This document shows positions 9,014-16,793 of a stretch of DNA of 64,000 bases, piece after piece. A model generated the notes under the pieces. That model did no database searches and was not told the origin of the DNA. It saw only the letters and a list, made by a program, of their open reading frames with translations. Position numbers and translations under genes: made by a program. The stretch is from the IMG/VR virus record IMGVR_UViG_3300005736_000002, positions 7,678-71,677 of that record; one strand, given 5' to 3'. The stretch comes from a virus. Each line of letters starts with the position of its first letter. The stretch's first letter is position 1.

Positions 9014-9402
9014 TTATCCTGGTCAAAGAGTGAGACGAAATCCTCTCCTGGAGTGAGGTCTATTTGTACCTTAGCCATGTTAGGGCGGTCAGGTAGCATA
9101 GGACTCAGGCCCAGTATCAGGCGCTTCAGTTTACGTTGTTCACGTATATCCCACTGGGTCAGGAATTCATTGGTTTTAGGGTGACGGTAGCTTTCTCCCT
9201 CACGGGATTGAAGTTCCTCTTTCATGACTTTTATCCAGAAGACACGGTGATAGTACTGGGTAGTCATGTGACCGAACCGGTCATCGATGAACATCTGCAA
9301 GGCGTTCTCAATGTGTTTGGTATCCATGTCATAAAGAGAAGTTTCTTGGGTACCGTTTATCCAGACGGGTGCGTACCCGTCATCTGGGTTAGTTGGAATC
9401 AT
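9010..9402 (-). CDS. early hypothetical protein (KLKRLILGLSP)
   Basis: GGAGG RBS; ATGA overlap. Confidence 0.75.
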   Translation of the reverse strand: MIPTNPDDGYAPVWINGTQETSLYDMDTKHIENALQMFIDDRFGHMTTQYYHRVFWIKVMKEELQSREGESYRHPKTNEFLTQWDIREQRKLKRLILGLSPMLPDRPNMAKVQIDLTPGEDFVSLFDQDK

Positions 9403-9641
9403 GCGAGCCTCCCATCAGATTTGTAGTAGTCAACACCGATGAGTCCCAATGCTTCTCGTTTTTTATTAGAGAGTTTGAGTTGTTTCAGGTGTTTGCGTAT
9501 TTTTCTTCGTTTAGTACGAGAAGGTTCGTTTTCAAGAGCTGCTTCCAGACGATCTACATGTTGCAGGAAGCGGTACTCAGGGCAATCAGGAGGTAGATCT
9601 TTTCTCTTACTTACTATGGGTGGTGCTGCTTTGTGCATCAT
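9399..9641 (-). CDS. small basic early protein, LxLI-motif family
   Basis: KKREALGLIG. Confidence 0.72.
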   Translation of the reverse strand: MMHKAAPPIVSKRKDLPPDCPEYRFLQHVDRLEAALENEPSRTKRRKIRKHLKQLKLSNKKREALGLIGVDYYKSDGRLA

Positions 9642-9649
9642 AATAACCC

Positions 9650-10021
9650 CTACACTGTGGTTATGATCTGAGCCCCTAGAGCAGGGGACTTGATGACAGA
9701 ATGTCCATAGTTCATTGCGAAGTTAATGTCTTTCGCTTTACGTCGAGCTTCCGCCGGGTCTACTACAGGTTTGGGTGGATTGATCAGATCCAGGATCTTC
9801 TGCTCTTTCCTACGCTTCAGACACCTTTCCAGCTTTCGTATATGGTTCTGTATGGCTCTGCGTTTATGTTTACCTCGAGCTTTCTGAAGGGCTGTACGTT
9901 GGACTGCCAGAGCCTCCTCAACACGCTGTATAGGATCGAAGGGTGTTCTTTTAGAGCTTTTAGTAAAATCTGTGTCCATCTGCAGTGAATCAATTATGTG
10001 GTCGGTATTAGAGACGGCCAT
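9650..10021 (-). CDS. early helical protein, LxLI-motif family
   Basis: KEQKILDLIN. Confidence 0.75.
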   Translation of the reverse strand: MAVSNTDHIIDSLQMDTDFTKSSKRTPFDPIQRVEEALAVQRTALQKARGKHKRRAIQNHIRKLERCLKRRKEQKILDLINPPKPVVDPAEARRKAKDINFAMNYGHSVIKSPALGAQIITTV

Positions 10022-10181
10022 GTGTACCCCCTATCAGATCAAGCATCTGAGCTTTCTTTAACTTACCTTCGAAGTATCGAATACGTTTCTGGTGACGGTC
10101 TTTTATATGCCGTTTCTTGGCAGCTTTTTTACGTTGAGTATGGTATTCAATACGTCTTTCAAGAAATTCAAAGTGTGTCAT
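10008..10181 (-). CDS. 57-aa early helical protein, LxLI-motif family (not in ORF track)
   Basis: Hand translation MTHFEFLERRIEYHTQRKKAAKKRHIKDRHQKRIRYFEGKLKKAQMLDLIGGTHGRL; AGGAG RBS; resembles 10168..10368. Confidence 0.8.
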   Translation of the reverse strand: MTHFEFLERRIEYHTQRKKAAKKRHIKDRHQKRIRYFEGKLKKAQMLDLIGGTHGRL

Positions 10182-10368
10182 TAGGTGCTCCTATCATCTG
10201 AAGTAACTGAGCTTCTTTCAGCTTCTCAGTCCAATACTTAATCGAGTTCTCGTGGTGAGTCTTTGACCAGGGTCTAATGGCCCGTTTGAGGTGTTCTTGG
10301 TGGAACGTGATACGTTTCTTTAACCAAGTAATGCTCTGGTCGTTCTCTGGGTTTATTCTGGGTTTCAT
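10168..10368 (-). CDS. small early helical protein, LxLI-motif family
   Basis: KLKEAQLLQMIG; ATGA overlap with RNAP1. Confidence 0.8.
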   Translation of the reverse strand: MKPRINPENDQSITWLKKRITFHQEHLKRAIRPWSKTHHENSIKYWTEKLKEAQLLQMIGAPNDTL

Positions 10369-11264
10369 ACCCCCTCCACAATCTCTTTATCGTGTAGTTC
10401 AATGATGGCCTTTCTGAACGCATTACCCTGGGTAGATACGTGGTATCCCTGGGCGTATGTGCGGCCTCGTTTATCGACTTTGTGCGTGAGCCAGAACTCA
10501 TTACCTTGATGGATCAAGTCCCTGTAGATCAGGTAGGAGTCCTTCACGAACTTCTCCCATTGCTCTTTACGTTCTGGGTCTTCGATCAGTTTTTTAGGTA
10601 TCTCAGAGTATGTCTTTAGCAGCTCTACATTGAGGCTCAGAGGCACCTGATTGAACCGGTTAATACTGTCCAGACAGATATCATCTTCATGGAAATTAAC
10701 GTTACCGCCTAAGATAAGAGAGTCACGTTTAGTAAGGTAACCGCTGTCGTAGTTACTGCGGACTTTCTTCGGTGGAACAATCATGGGTGGTAAGTATTTG
10801 GTCTGAGCTATGAAGCGTTGTAATCCTTCGCTTGGCGTGATGCGTGGACGTACCATCAGAGAGGCTTGTTTGCTCTCTTTTATGATGTCATAGATGTCCA
10901 GATCACACAGGACTGCAAGGATCTCAGCGGAGGTCTTAACGCCGTCTCCTTTGTCTGAGAAACCCAGTTTTCCTGCGAGTTGACCGACAACCTGGGTGAA
11001 CAGAGTGGTCTTCTCGAGCACCAGGATTTCCATGATGACTTCCATCACAATCTCTTCCAGATCGAGGATGAGGAGCTGCTCTACACGGATACGTTTGGAG
11101 TCGTGATACTCCGGTGCTTTGTTGATGTAATCAATCAGCAATAGCTTACCTTCAGTAATGATCTGGGCTGCACCGTCTGTCTCTTCAATCTCCTTTTTGA
11201 TGGCTTTACGGATGTTGGATTTAGAGAACATTTTCTCAATGTCTTCTTGGAATTCAGGCAGCAT
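10365..11264 (-). CDS. N4-like RNA polymerase II subunit 1 (gp15-like)
   Basis: YLPPMIVPP, HKVDKRGRTYAQGYHVSTQG (T7-like DxRGR motif). Confidence 0.92.
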   Translation of the reverse strand: MLPEFQEDIEKMFSKSNIRKAIKKEIEETDGAAQIITEGKLLLIDYINKAPEYHDSKRIRVEQLLILDLEEIVMEVIMEILVLEKTTLFTQVVGQLAGKLGFSDKGDGVKTSAEILAVLCDLDIYDIIKESKQASLMVRPRITPSEGLQRFIAQTKYLPPMIVPPKKVRSNYDSGYLTKRDSLILGGNVNFHEDDICLDSINRFNQVPLSLNVELLKTYSEIPKKLIEDPERKEQWEKFVKDSYLIYRDLIHQGNEFWLTHKVDKRGRTYAQGYHVSTQGNAFRKAIIELHDKEIVEGV

Positions 11265-11268
11265 GGGC

Positions 11269-11484
11269 TTAGTCCTTATGAATTAACTTGAGGCTATCGT
11301 AGTAGGGTTTTAGGAGTTCAAGTTCTTTACGGGCTTTTCTCATAGAAGCTGCATTGTCGAAAGCGCAGCTAGGACAGAAAGTAGGGTGATGGTCACAACC
11401 AACACAGACTTCAGGTGTTTGTACTTTACTGTCCTGGTATTGCATTTGTTCCAGAGCTATGTCGAGTGATTTGATTAGGCTCAT
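11269..11484 (-). CDS. small Cys-rich early protein, LxLI-motif family
   Basis: CVGC...CPSC; ends YYDSLKLIHKD. Confidence 0.72.
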   Translation of the reverse strand: MSLIKSLDIALEQMQYQDSKVQTPEVCVGCDHHPTFCPSCAFDNAASMRKARKELELLKPYYDSLKLIHKD

Positions 11485-11578
11485 GGTTCATTTCCTCTTC
11501 AAACACCTGGTTCGAGATCCCAATAAAAAGGGCCAACAGTGTGGCCCCTATAAGTAACTTTCCGACGGTCAGTCCCAT
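11426..11578 (-). CDS. small membrane protein
   Basis: GGAGG RBS before MGLTVGKLLIGATLLALFIGIS (one TM helix). Confidence 0.6.
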   Translation of the reverse strand: MGLTVGKLLIGATLLALFIGISNQVFEEEMNHEPNQITRHSSGTNAIPGQ

Positions 11579-11979
11579 GGTGGTGAATCCTCCGGTACGT
11601 GCTGTTCTATCCTGGGTCGGTACTTCACAACCCAGTGCAGGATGTCTTTCTGACGACAAATGTCGATCATGTGCTTGGTGCCTTTACTCACCTCATCCCA
11701 GAAGATAATGGCAGCGTCACAGACTTCAGCCATCTCCTCATTTCTGAGATAACCTGCACGTTTCCCGTGCTTGTCCCAGTTGGCTGGATACTTCTCAAGT
11801 CCGAGGCTATATTCCTTCGCTATACGCTCTCCCAGTAGGTCTGCACCTCGAGCCCCACCACTGACAATACACACACCTTGGTTCTCCAGTTCTTTCTCTT
11901 TAGCGAACTGACAAACTATCTTTTCCATCAGTGGATAGTCATCAAACTCACGACTACCGGCAATACAAATACGAAACAT
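11569..11979 (-). CDS. SLOG/YspA-like (DUF2493) protein
   Basis: IAGSREF, VSGGARGAD, ANWDKHGKRAGYLRNEEM, FWDEVSKGTKHMI. Confidence 0.88.
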   Translation of the reverse strand: MFRICIAGSREFDDYPLMEKIVCQFAKEKELENQGVCIVSGGARGADLLGERIAKEYSLGLEKYPANWDKHGKRAGYLRNEEMAEVCDAAIIFWDEVSKGTKHMIDICRQKDILHWVVKYRPRIEQHVPEDSPPWD

Positions 11980-12001
11980 AGTCTTCTCCTTAACTTGATA
12001 C

Positions 12002-12022
12002 CCAACACCTGCGCGAATGCGC
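12002..12022 (-). promoter_or_regulatory. candidate vRNAP hairpin promoter
   Basis: Template (+) strand CC-N7-GCGC-GAAT-GCGC; one of three identical copies. Confidence 0.7.
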
Positions 12023-12058
12023 TCGTCTATATAAACCTCGCGGAGGCGAGGCTAGTGA

Positions 12059-12253
12059 TTATTCAGGTACGTCGATACCTATCAGGAAGGCTTCAAATTT
12101 GATTTGCTTGATGTTTTCTTCTAGTTCTTTGATTCTATCTAGGTGCTTGCGTCTACGTTTACCCATAGTTTCTTGGGCACGTTCCTGATTCCATTCCATC
12201 CAGTGCCTATTATGATTAACTATTTCCTGGGCTCTTTTTGCTGTTCTTATCAT
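12059..12253 (-). CDS. small early helical protein, LxLI-motif family
   Basis: KQIKFEAFLIG. Confidence 0.72.
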   Translation of the reverse strand: MIRTAKRAQEIVNHNRHWMEWNQERAQETMGKRRRKHLDRIKELEENIKQIKFEAFLIGIDVPE

Positions 12254-12266
12254 GAGTTATTCCTAC

Positions 12267-12458
12267 TTAACCGGTGATCAGTTGAAGGGTATCTATCTTT
12301 GTCTGCATCTCAGCGAGTTCTTCATCAGGTACCGTGAATAAACAGTTATCACAGTGCTCCTCAGTACAACCGGCTTTGCGCTTTATCTGACTGCAGATGG
12401 TTTCGTTCATGTCTGCTTCCAGGTAGGTAATACACATCAGATCTATCTTATGTTTCAT
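12267..12458 (-). CDS. small Cys-rich early protein (paralog 1), LxLI-motif family
   Basis: IC...C...CDNCLF; ends KIDTLQLITG. Confidence 0.75.
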   Translation of the reverse strand: MKHKIDLMCITYLEADMNETICSQIKRKAGCTEEHCDNCLFTVPDEELAEMQTKIDTLQLITG

Positions 12459-12684
12459 GACTGTCTCCTGAGTGGATCAAGTTAACGACATCCAGTTTCT
12501 TCTGGACTTCAGTTAGATCTATTCGGTTGTGATACAGAGGGCATTTAATACACATACCCCCATGACAAGCTTCCTGAGACAGATGACTGATCGCATCACA
12601 GATGTCTTCAAAATCATTCTCAGGGTTAGCCCCAATCACAGTATTAAGTTTCTCGATGATGGTGAGATCTACTTCATTACTCAT
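12448..12684 (-). CDS. small Cys-rich early protein (paralog 2), LxLI-motif family
   Basis: IC...C...CIKCPL; KKLDVVNLIH. Confidence 0.78.
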   Translation of the reverse strand: MSNEVDLTIIEKLNTVIGANPENDFEDICDAISHLSQEACHGGMCIKCPLYHNRIDLTEVQKKLDVVNLIHSGDSHET

Positions 12685-12913
12685 GACTACCCCCTGGATG
12701 TATTAAGTTCACTACATTCAACTGTTTTTGGATCTTTTTATAGTTGTGGGTTTTATGGGCAAGAGGACACTGATCACAAGGTACATCAGGAGGACAGCAA
12801 CCACGCTCGTTGACCAACTCACAGATGCTTTTTGAGTCTTCTCTGGTTAGTTCAGAGTCCTGTCTGAGTAGATTATTAATCTTAGTGATAACAGTTAAAT
12901 CTATCTGGCTCAT
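12677..12913 (-). CDS. small Cys-rich early protein (paralog 3), LxLI-motif family
   Basis: IC...CC...CDQCPL; KQLNVVNLIH. Confidence 0.78.
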   Translation of the reverse strand: MSQIDLTVITKINNLLRQDSELTREDSKSICELVNERGCCPPDVPCDQCPLAHKTHNYKKIQKQLNVVNLIHPGGSHE

Positions 12914-12922
12914 GATTTACTC

Positions 12923-13114
12923 CTACTTAATTTCGTTTATCAGATCGATTACTACCAGCTTTAGACTGAGCGTTGTTTCAGACATTTCAGCTCTTTTAAT
13001 AAGCTTATCCAGGCGCTTCTGTCTTTCTTCTTTGCGCATTTCAATTAACGCCTGGTGATTACTAATACCCTTAACTAAAGCTCGGGCTTTGACGCTCTCC
13101 ACAGTAATGTCCAC
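12923..13114 (-). CDS. small early protein, LxLI-motif family
   Basis: AAGGAG RBS plus GTG; LKLVVIDLIN. Confidence 0.72.
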   Translation of the reverse strand: MDITVESVKARALVKGISNHQALIEMRKEERQKRLDKLIKRAEMSETTLSLKLVVIDLINEIK

Positions 13115-13179
13115 GACTGTCTCCTTACTATCTGTCCAATGAAATCAGCAGAAGGCACAATGGCCCTCTGCTCATGTCA

Positions 13180-13341
13180 CTAACATATTGGTGATATACG
13201 TTTAACTTTCATATTGAAGTTTTCTTCAACGTGCTTTCTCACGGCCTCAAAGGATTTACCGTATTCATACAGCACCGTTCCGTCTTCACAGGTGATCATA
13301 AACTTCATCAATTTAGGTACTCCTTTCACTTCAGCGTTCAT
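13180..13341 (-). CDS. 53-aa early protein (not in ORF track)
   Basis: TAAGGAG RBS; MNAEVKGVPKLMKFMITCEDGTVLYEYGKSFEAVRKHVEENFNMKVKRISPIC. Confidence 0.68.
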   Translation of the reverse strand: MNAEVKGVPKLMKFMITCEDGTVLYEYGKSFEAVRKHVEENFNMKVKRISPIC

Positions 13342-13351
13342 CAGTCTCTCC

Positions 13352-13612
13352 TTACCAACAGTATTGATAACCAGTAGTTTCTTCTGCTTTGTTAGTCGCA
13401 GCTTCTTCCAGCCCTTTCAGGCTGAACTCAGGGTTTCTGATCAGACCCGCCTCAACAGCGTGGCAACTGACTTCAACCATCAGTTGATTCTCAACCTGGT
13501 TCAGATAATCAATATCTTCTTGCGAATCTGCACCTCGATGCAGAACGAAATAACGAGCTTCAATTACTTTTTCAGCAACATCGATTAGTGCCTGTGGAAC
13601 GATGTATTTCAT
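13352..13612 (-). CDS. early hypothetical protein
   Basis: GAGG RBS; packed ORF. Confidence 0.7.
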   Translation of the reverse strand: MKYIVPQALIDVAEKVIEARYFVLHRGADSQEDIDYLNQVENQLMVEVSCHAVEAGLIRNPEFSLKGLEEAATNKAEETTGYQYCW

Positions 13613-13636
13613 TGCTTCTTACCTCTGACTACTTAC

Positions 13637-13665
13637 AAAACAAAAGGGACACCGAAGCGTCCCCT
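13637..13665 (-). terminator. intrinsic terminator
   Basis: GGGACGC-TTCG-GTGTCCC followed by TTTTGTTTT. Confidence 0.8.
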
Positions 13666-13671
13666 TATTTA

Positions 13672-13941
13672 TTACTCACCAGCAGCTTTGGCGAATGAGA
13701 AATCATCTGCTGACTGCTCAGTGATAACGTTCATATCACATGAGACTTTCAGACCATCGAGATCACCAGCATTGATCAAGGCTTCATGTAACGCCTTACT
13801 CTTCATCAGCTTGATACCACCGATCTGCTTACGAGTACCATCAGCCATCTCAACGTAAACGTTAAGGAAGCCTGCTGCTTTCTCAAACTTAGCTACGTTA
13901 CCGTTGTCGTTCTGTACTGCTTCATCTTTTGCGAATGCCAT
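13672..13941 (-). CDS. ssDNA-binding RNAPII cofactor (N4 gp2 / LUZ7 Drc-like)
   Basis: Start MAFAKD after GAGG; AAGFLNVYVEMADGTRKQIGGIKL resembles Drc as recalled; has its own hairpin promoter and terminator. Confidence 0.65.
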   Translation of the reverse strand: MAFAKDEAVQNDNGNVAKFEKAAGFLNVYVEMADGTRKQIGGIKLMKSKALHEALINAGDLDGLKVSCDMNVITEQSADDFSFAKAAGE

Positions 13942-13989
13942 GACGTATTTCCTCTTTACGAATAATTTCAACACCAACACGGTGCTTTT

Positions 13990-14010
13990 CCGTCATTAGC
14001 GCGAATGCGC
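13990..14010 (-). promoter_or_regulatory. candidate vRNAP hairpin promoter
   Basis: CC-N7-GCGCGAATGCGC. Confidence 0.7.
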
Positions 14011-14347
14011 CTACACAAATGTCTAAAGTCTTAGGGAGATTGGTCGATAAATAGATAGAGTATCGGTAACGTATCGTTTAGGAATTCTTCCTAGATACTG
14101 TATCGGAATGATGTGATACCATTTCTGGTGCACCAGTGTGAGTCCTGTCTGTCATGTATGTGGTGTTTGTAAGCCTCTCTCAGGAGGATTCAGAGTTGAG
14201 TAGTGCGATGACACCACTCACTGCTTGAATGAGCTTACAGAGCGTCAGAGGAGCACGTCCTCTCAGTCCTTTCTTATACTTTCCTATCTCACCCGTGTAG
14301 TGTTTGTTGTGTAATATACGCACTGACCCGAAGGCCAGTGCTGTAGG

Positions 14348-14557
14348 TTATGCTTGCTCCAGGAGTTTCTGTTGTTCCTGGTATTCTGCTTCCATTTTGA
14401 GGCGACGTAGTTTGCGGTTGGCCTGTTCTTCTTCTTTGAAGTCTACGGCTGCTTCGTTGGCTACTTCTCCTACGGATTTGAATGCTTTGGCGAACTCTTC
14501 GATACCTTGGAAGATAACGATGAATGCTTGCCATAATGCTGTAAGTGCTTGTCTCAT
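14348..14557 (-). CDS. first early gene, small helical protein
   Basis: GAGG RBS; downstream of first hairpin promoter. Confidence 0.7.
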   Translation of the reverse strand: MRQALTALWQAFIVIFQGIEEFAKAFKSVGEVANEAAVDFKEEEQANRKLRRLKMEAEYQEQQKLLEQA

Positions 14558-14692
14558 GATGTATACCTCTGAGGTTAATGGTTGATCTGTGCACGGATGC
14601 CAGTCGTCACTGGGCTTTGTGATAAGTCACCTCGTCAGGTGGGAAGCTGCTGTGCGAGCTATGCTAATTGAAAGGGTTTCACTCCCTCACTT

Positions 14693-14713
14693 CCGTTGCC
14701 TGCGCGAATGCGC
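14693..14713 (-). promoter_or_regulatory. candidate vRNAP hairpin promoter
   Basis: CC-N7-GCGCGAATGCGC. Confidence 0.7.
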
Positions 14714-14749
14714 TATGGGGTAGGGTGGCTGAGGTGGTCTGGAGTAAAG

Positions 14750-14970
14750 ACCGGGGGGGTAGTTTGGAATTTTGGAGTTCAAGACTCCAGTAATGAACTC
14801 GTACCTAATTATTAAAAATGCTCAGACCCTTCAAATAATATTTTGTAAGTCTAATCTGGGATTTTTGGGGATTTGTAAGTCTAACTTCCAGTAAGTAACT
14901 GCCTGTTACTATTTGTAAGTCCTTTACTATCTTGTCCGATACTCTCTCTGTTTCTCTGTTTCTCTGTTTA
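14750..14970. repeat. probable genome-terminus region with short direct repeats
   Basis: G7 run at about 14753; TTTGTAAGTC at 14842, 14872 and 14912; CTCTGTTT x3 at about 14946-14969; non-coding, between early start and terminase region. Confidence 0.55.
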
Positions 14971-15199
14971 GGGTTTTCACCAAGGACGAAGCGCAGTATG
15001 TGACTGAAGCGAGGAACGAGCTGAGGGAGCTAATACGGGAGCGTAGGACGCTAGTGGGTATAGTAGATAAAAAGAACCCCTCACAAGGAGGGGCTTAAAG
15101 CATTTGTATGACCAACTCAAATCAAAACTTTTATCCAGAGGATAAGTAAGAAGCCCCCTAATAATAATATTATTTAAAATTTTGTAAATGGTTTTAAAT

Positions 15200-15225
15200 A
15201 AAAAAGCCCTCAATTAAGAGGGCTA
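15200..15225 (-). terminator. intrinsic terminator
   Basis: AGCCCTC-TTAATT-GAGGGCT followed by a T run. Confidence 0.7.
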
Positions 15226-15293
15226 AAAACAGAGAATGTCAAAAATGTCCTGACCAGATAATATTATTTATTTAATATTATTGGTTCAAGTTT

Positions 15294-15782
15294 TTATTTA
15301 ACTAATATCCAGTCGCTTTCAAATAAATCTGATTGGGAAGCTACCCAAGGAACGATCTCACCGTTTACTGTTTTCATATCGATATGAGGACGGTAGTTAA
15401 TCTCTGTATCTTCTGGGTAGATGCCCAGTAGAGGAGGCCGGTTTACCTTGAAGGTTGAACCAGGGACTATGAATAGGAACATATCTTTACCGTTCCAGCC
15501 CTTGCGGGAGATCTTTGCTCCAGCCTTCATGAACTCTAGGGCTTCACCGAAGTTCATGTTCTCTGATGAACGGTAGTGTTCAAAAAATTCTTCGGTAGGC
15601 ATCCAACTTATATAGCCGGAATATTCGATGGTTGTACCGTTGGTTTTGGAGAGGTGTTCTACCAGGAATCCTGAATCATTTGGGTCTTCGTCCGTAGGGA
15701 CTTTCCATCCACGGTGGAGACAATATTCGCCTCGTGACATTGGTTCAGCGTTAATAAGTTTGGTACCAACAAATAAACCCAT
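15294..15782 (-). CDS. DUF2829 (Tad2-like anti-defence sponge) protein with an extra N-terminal domain
   Basis: MNFGEALEFMKAGAKISRKGWNGKDMFLF...PWVASQSDLFESDW. Confidence 0.8.
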   Translation of the reverse strand: MGLFVGTKLINAEPMSRGEYCLHRGWKVPTDEDPNDSGFLVEHLSKTNGTTIEYSGYISWMPTEEFFEHYRSSENMNFGEALEFMKAGAKISRKGWNGKDMFLFIVPGSTFKVNRPPLLGIYPEDTEINYRPHIDMKTVNGEIVPWVASQSDLFESDWILVK

Positions 15783-15873
15783 TTAAATAATCTTCCTGTT
15801 AAATTATTTGAAAAACTATATTCGGGCGATACACTACACGAAAATATTATTATGTGAAGAAAAAATATTATTT

Positions 15874-16569
15874 ATGAGTGAACTACTTTCTACGGAACAA
15901 TTTAAACAGGCGCTTCCTCCGCAGGTTAAGAAATTAGTAAGTCAGGAAGTTATCGATAATTTAAATAATATGGTTATCGACCCTGAGTTTAGAGAAGCTT
16001 ACCGGGATAACTTATTGGGTTATACCAATGTAATGGCTCAAGGTAAGTTTAAGATTCAGAGCTATATCGATGCGGTGAGGTACGTTAGCTTCAAGCTAAT
16101 GGGTGATAATAATATTACCGCGCACAGTAAAACCTTTCCGGATAAGCATAAGAATTGGGCGATTCAACAGGTAGCTTCCAAAGATATCGCGTCTTATGTA
16201 ACGGCTTACAACAAATCTAAGCTGGTTAACCTTATTTATGAGCAGACGATCGTGCCGGCTCATGTGCTTAACCAGGATCTCTTTCAGAAAGCTTTGAACG
16301 TACAGGCGGAGTTAATGATTAGCGCCTCTTCAGAAAAGGTACGGGCCGAAGCTGCTAACTCCCTGCTGAGTCACCTCAAGATGCCTGAGACTAAGAAGGT
16401 TGAATTGGATATAGGGATCAAAGAAGACAAGTCTGTGGAGGCACTTAGACAGTCCACGATGGAATTGGTGGCTCAACAAAGGGAAATGATCCGGGCAGGG
16501 GTATTGGATGCTCAGGCAGCAGCCCATTCAAAACTGGTTATCGATGGTGAAGCGGAGGAAGTGGTATGA
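15874..16569 (+). CDS. N4 gp69-like protein (putative terminase small subunit)
   Basis: Synteny before TerL; YIDAVRYVSFKLMG, SEKVRAEAANSLLSHLK; probable start MSELL. Confidence 0.75.
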   Translation: MSELLSTEQFKQALPPQVKKLVSQEVIDNLNNMVIDPEFREAYRDNLLGYTNVMAQGKFKIQSYIDAVRYVSFKLMGDNNITAHSKTFPDKHKNWAIQQVASKDIASYVTAYNKSKLVNLIYEQTIVPAHVLNQDLFQKALNVQAELMISASSEKVRAEAANSLLSHLKMPETKKVELDIGIKEDKSVEALRQSTMELVAQQREMIRAGVLDAQAAAHSKLVIDGEAEEVV

Positions 16570-16793
16570 GTGCAGGTGAAGAACTATACAGACGTGAAAA
16601 CGCTCTGATGGAAGTACAGGCAATCAGAACGCAGGAACTGAGTCCACGTAATATCCGGTTTGCCAATTATCCTGATGGTTCTCTGCGCCTGCAGGGTGCC
16701 TTCTTCTGGAATGAAGGTTTTCGGTCAGGCTACGAATGGCGGGATATTGATGTGGTTCAGGTGGATGAAAATGGACAGGAGATCCCTGAATGA
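16566..16793 (+). CDS. hypothetical protein
   Basis: ATGA overlap. Confidence 0.65.
   Translation: MSAGEELYRRENALMEVQAIRTQELSPRNIRFANYPDGSLRLQGAFFWNEGFRSGYEWRDIDVVQVDENGQEIPE

Noticed and set aside
14840-14970. Mini CRISPR array
   Set aside because: Repeats are only 8-13 nt, irregularly spaced, and no cas genes are present.
14977-15213. 78-aa ORF
   Set aside because: Starts within a terminator hairpin, has no RBS, and lies in the low-complexity terminus region.
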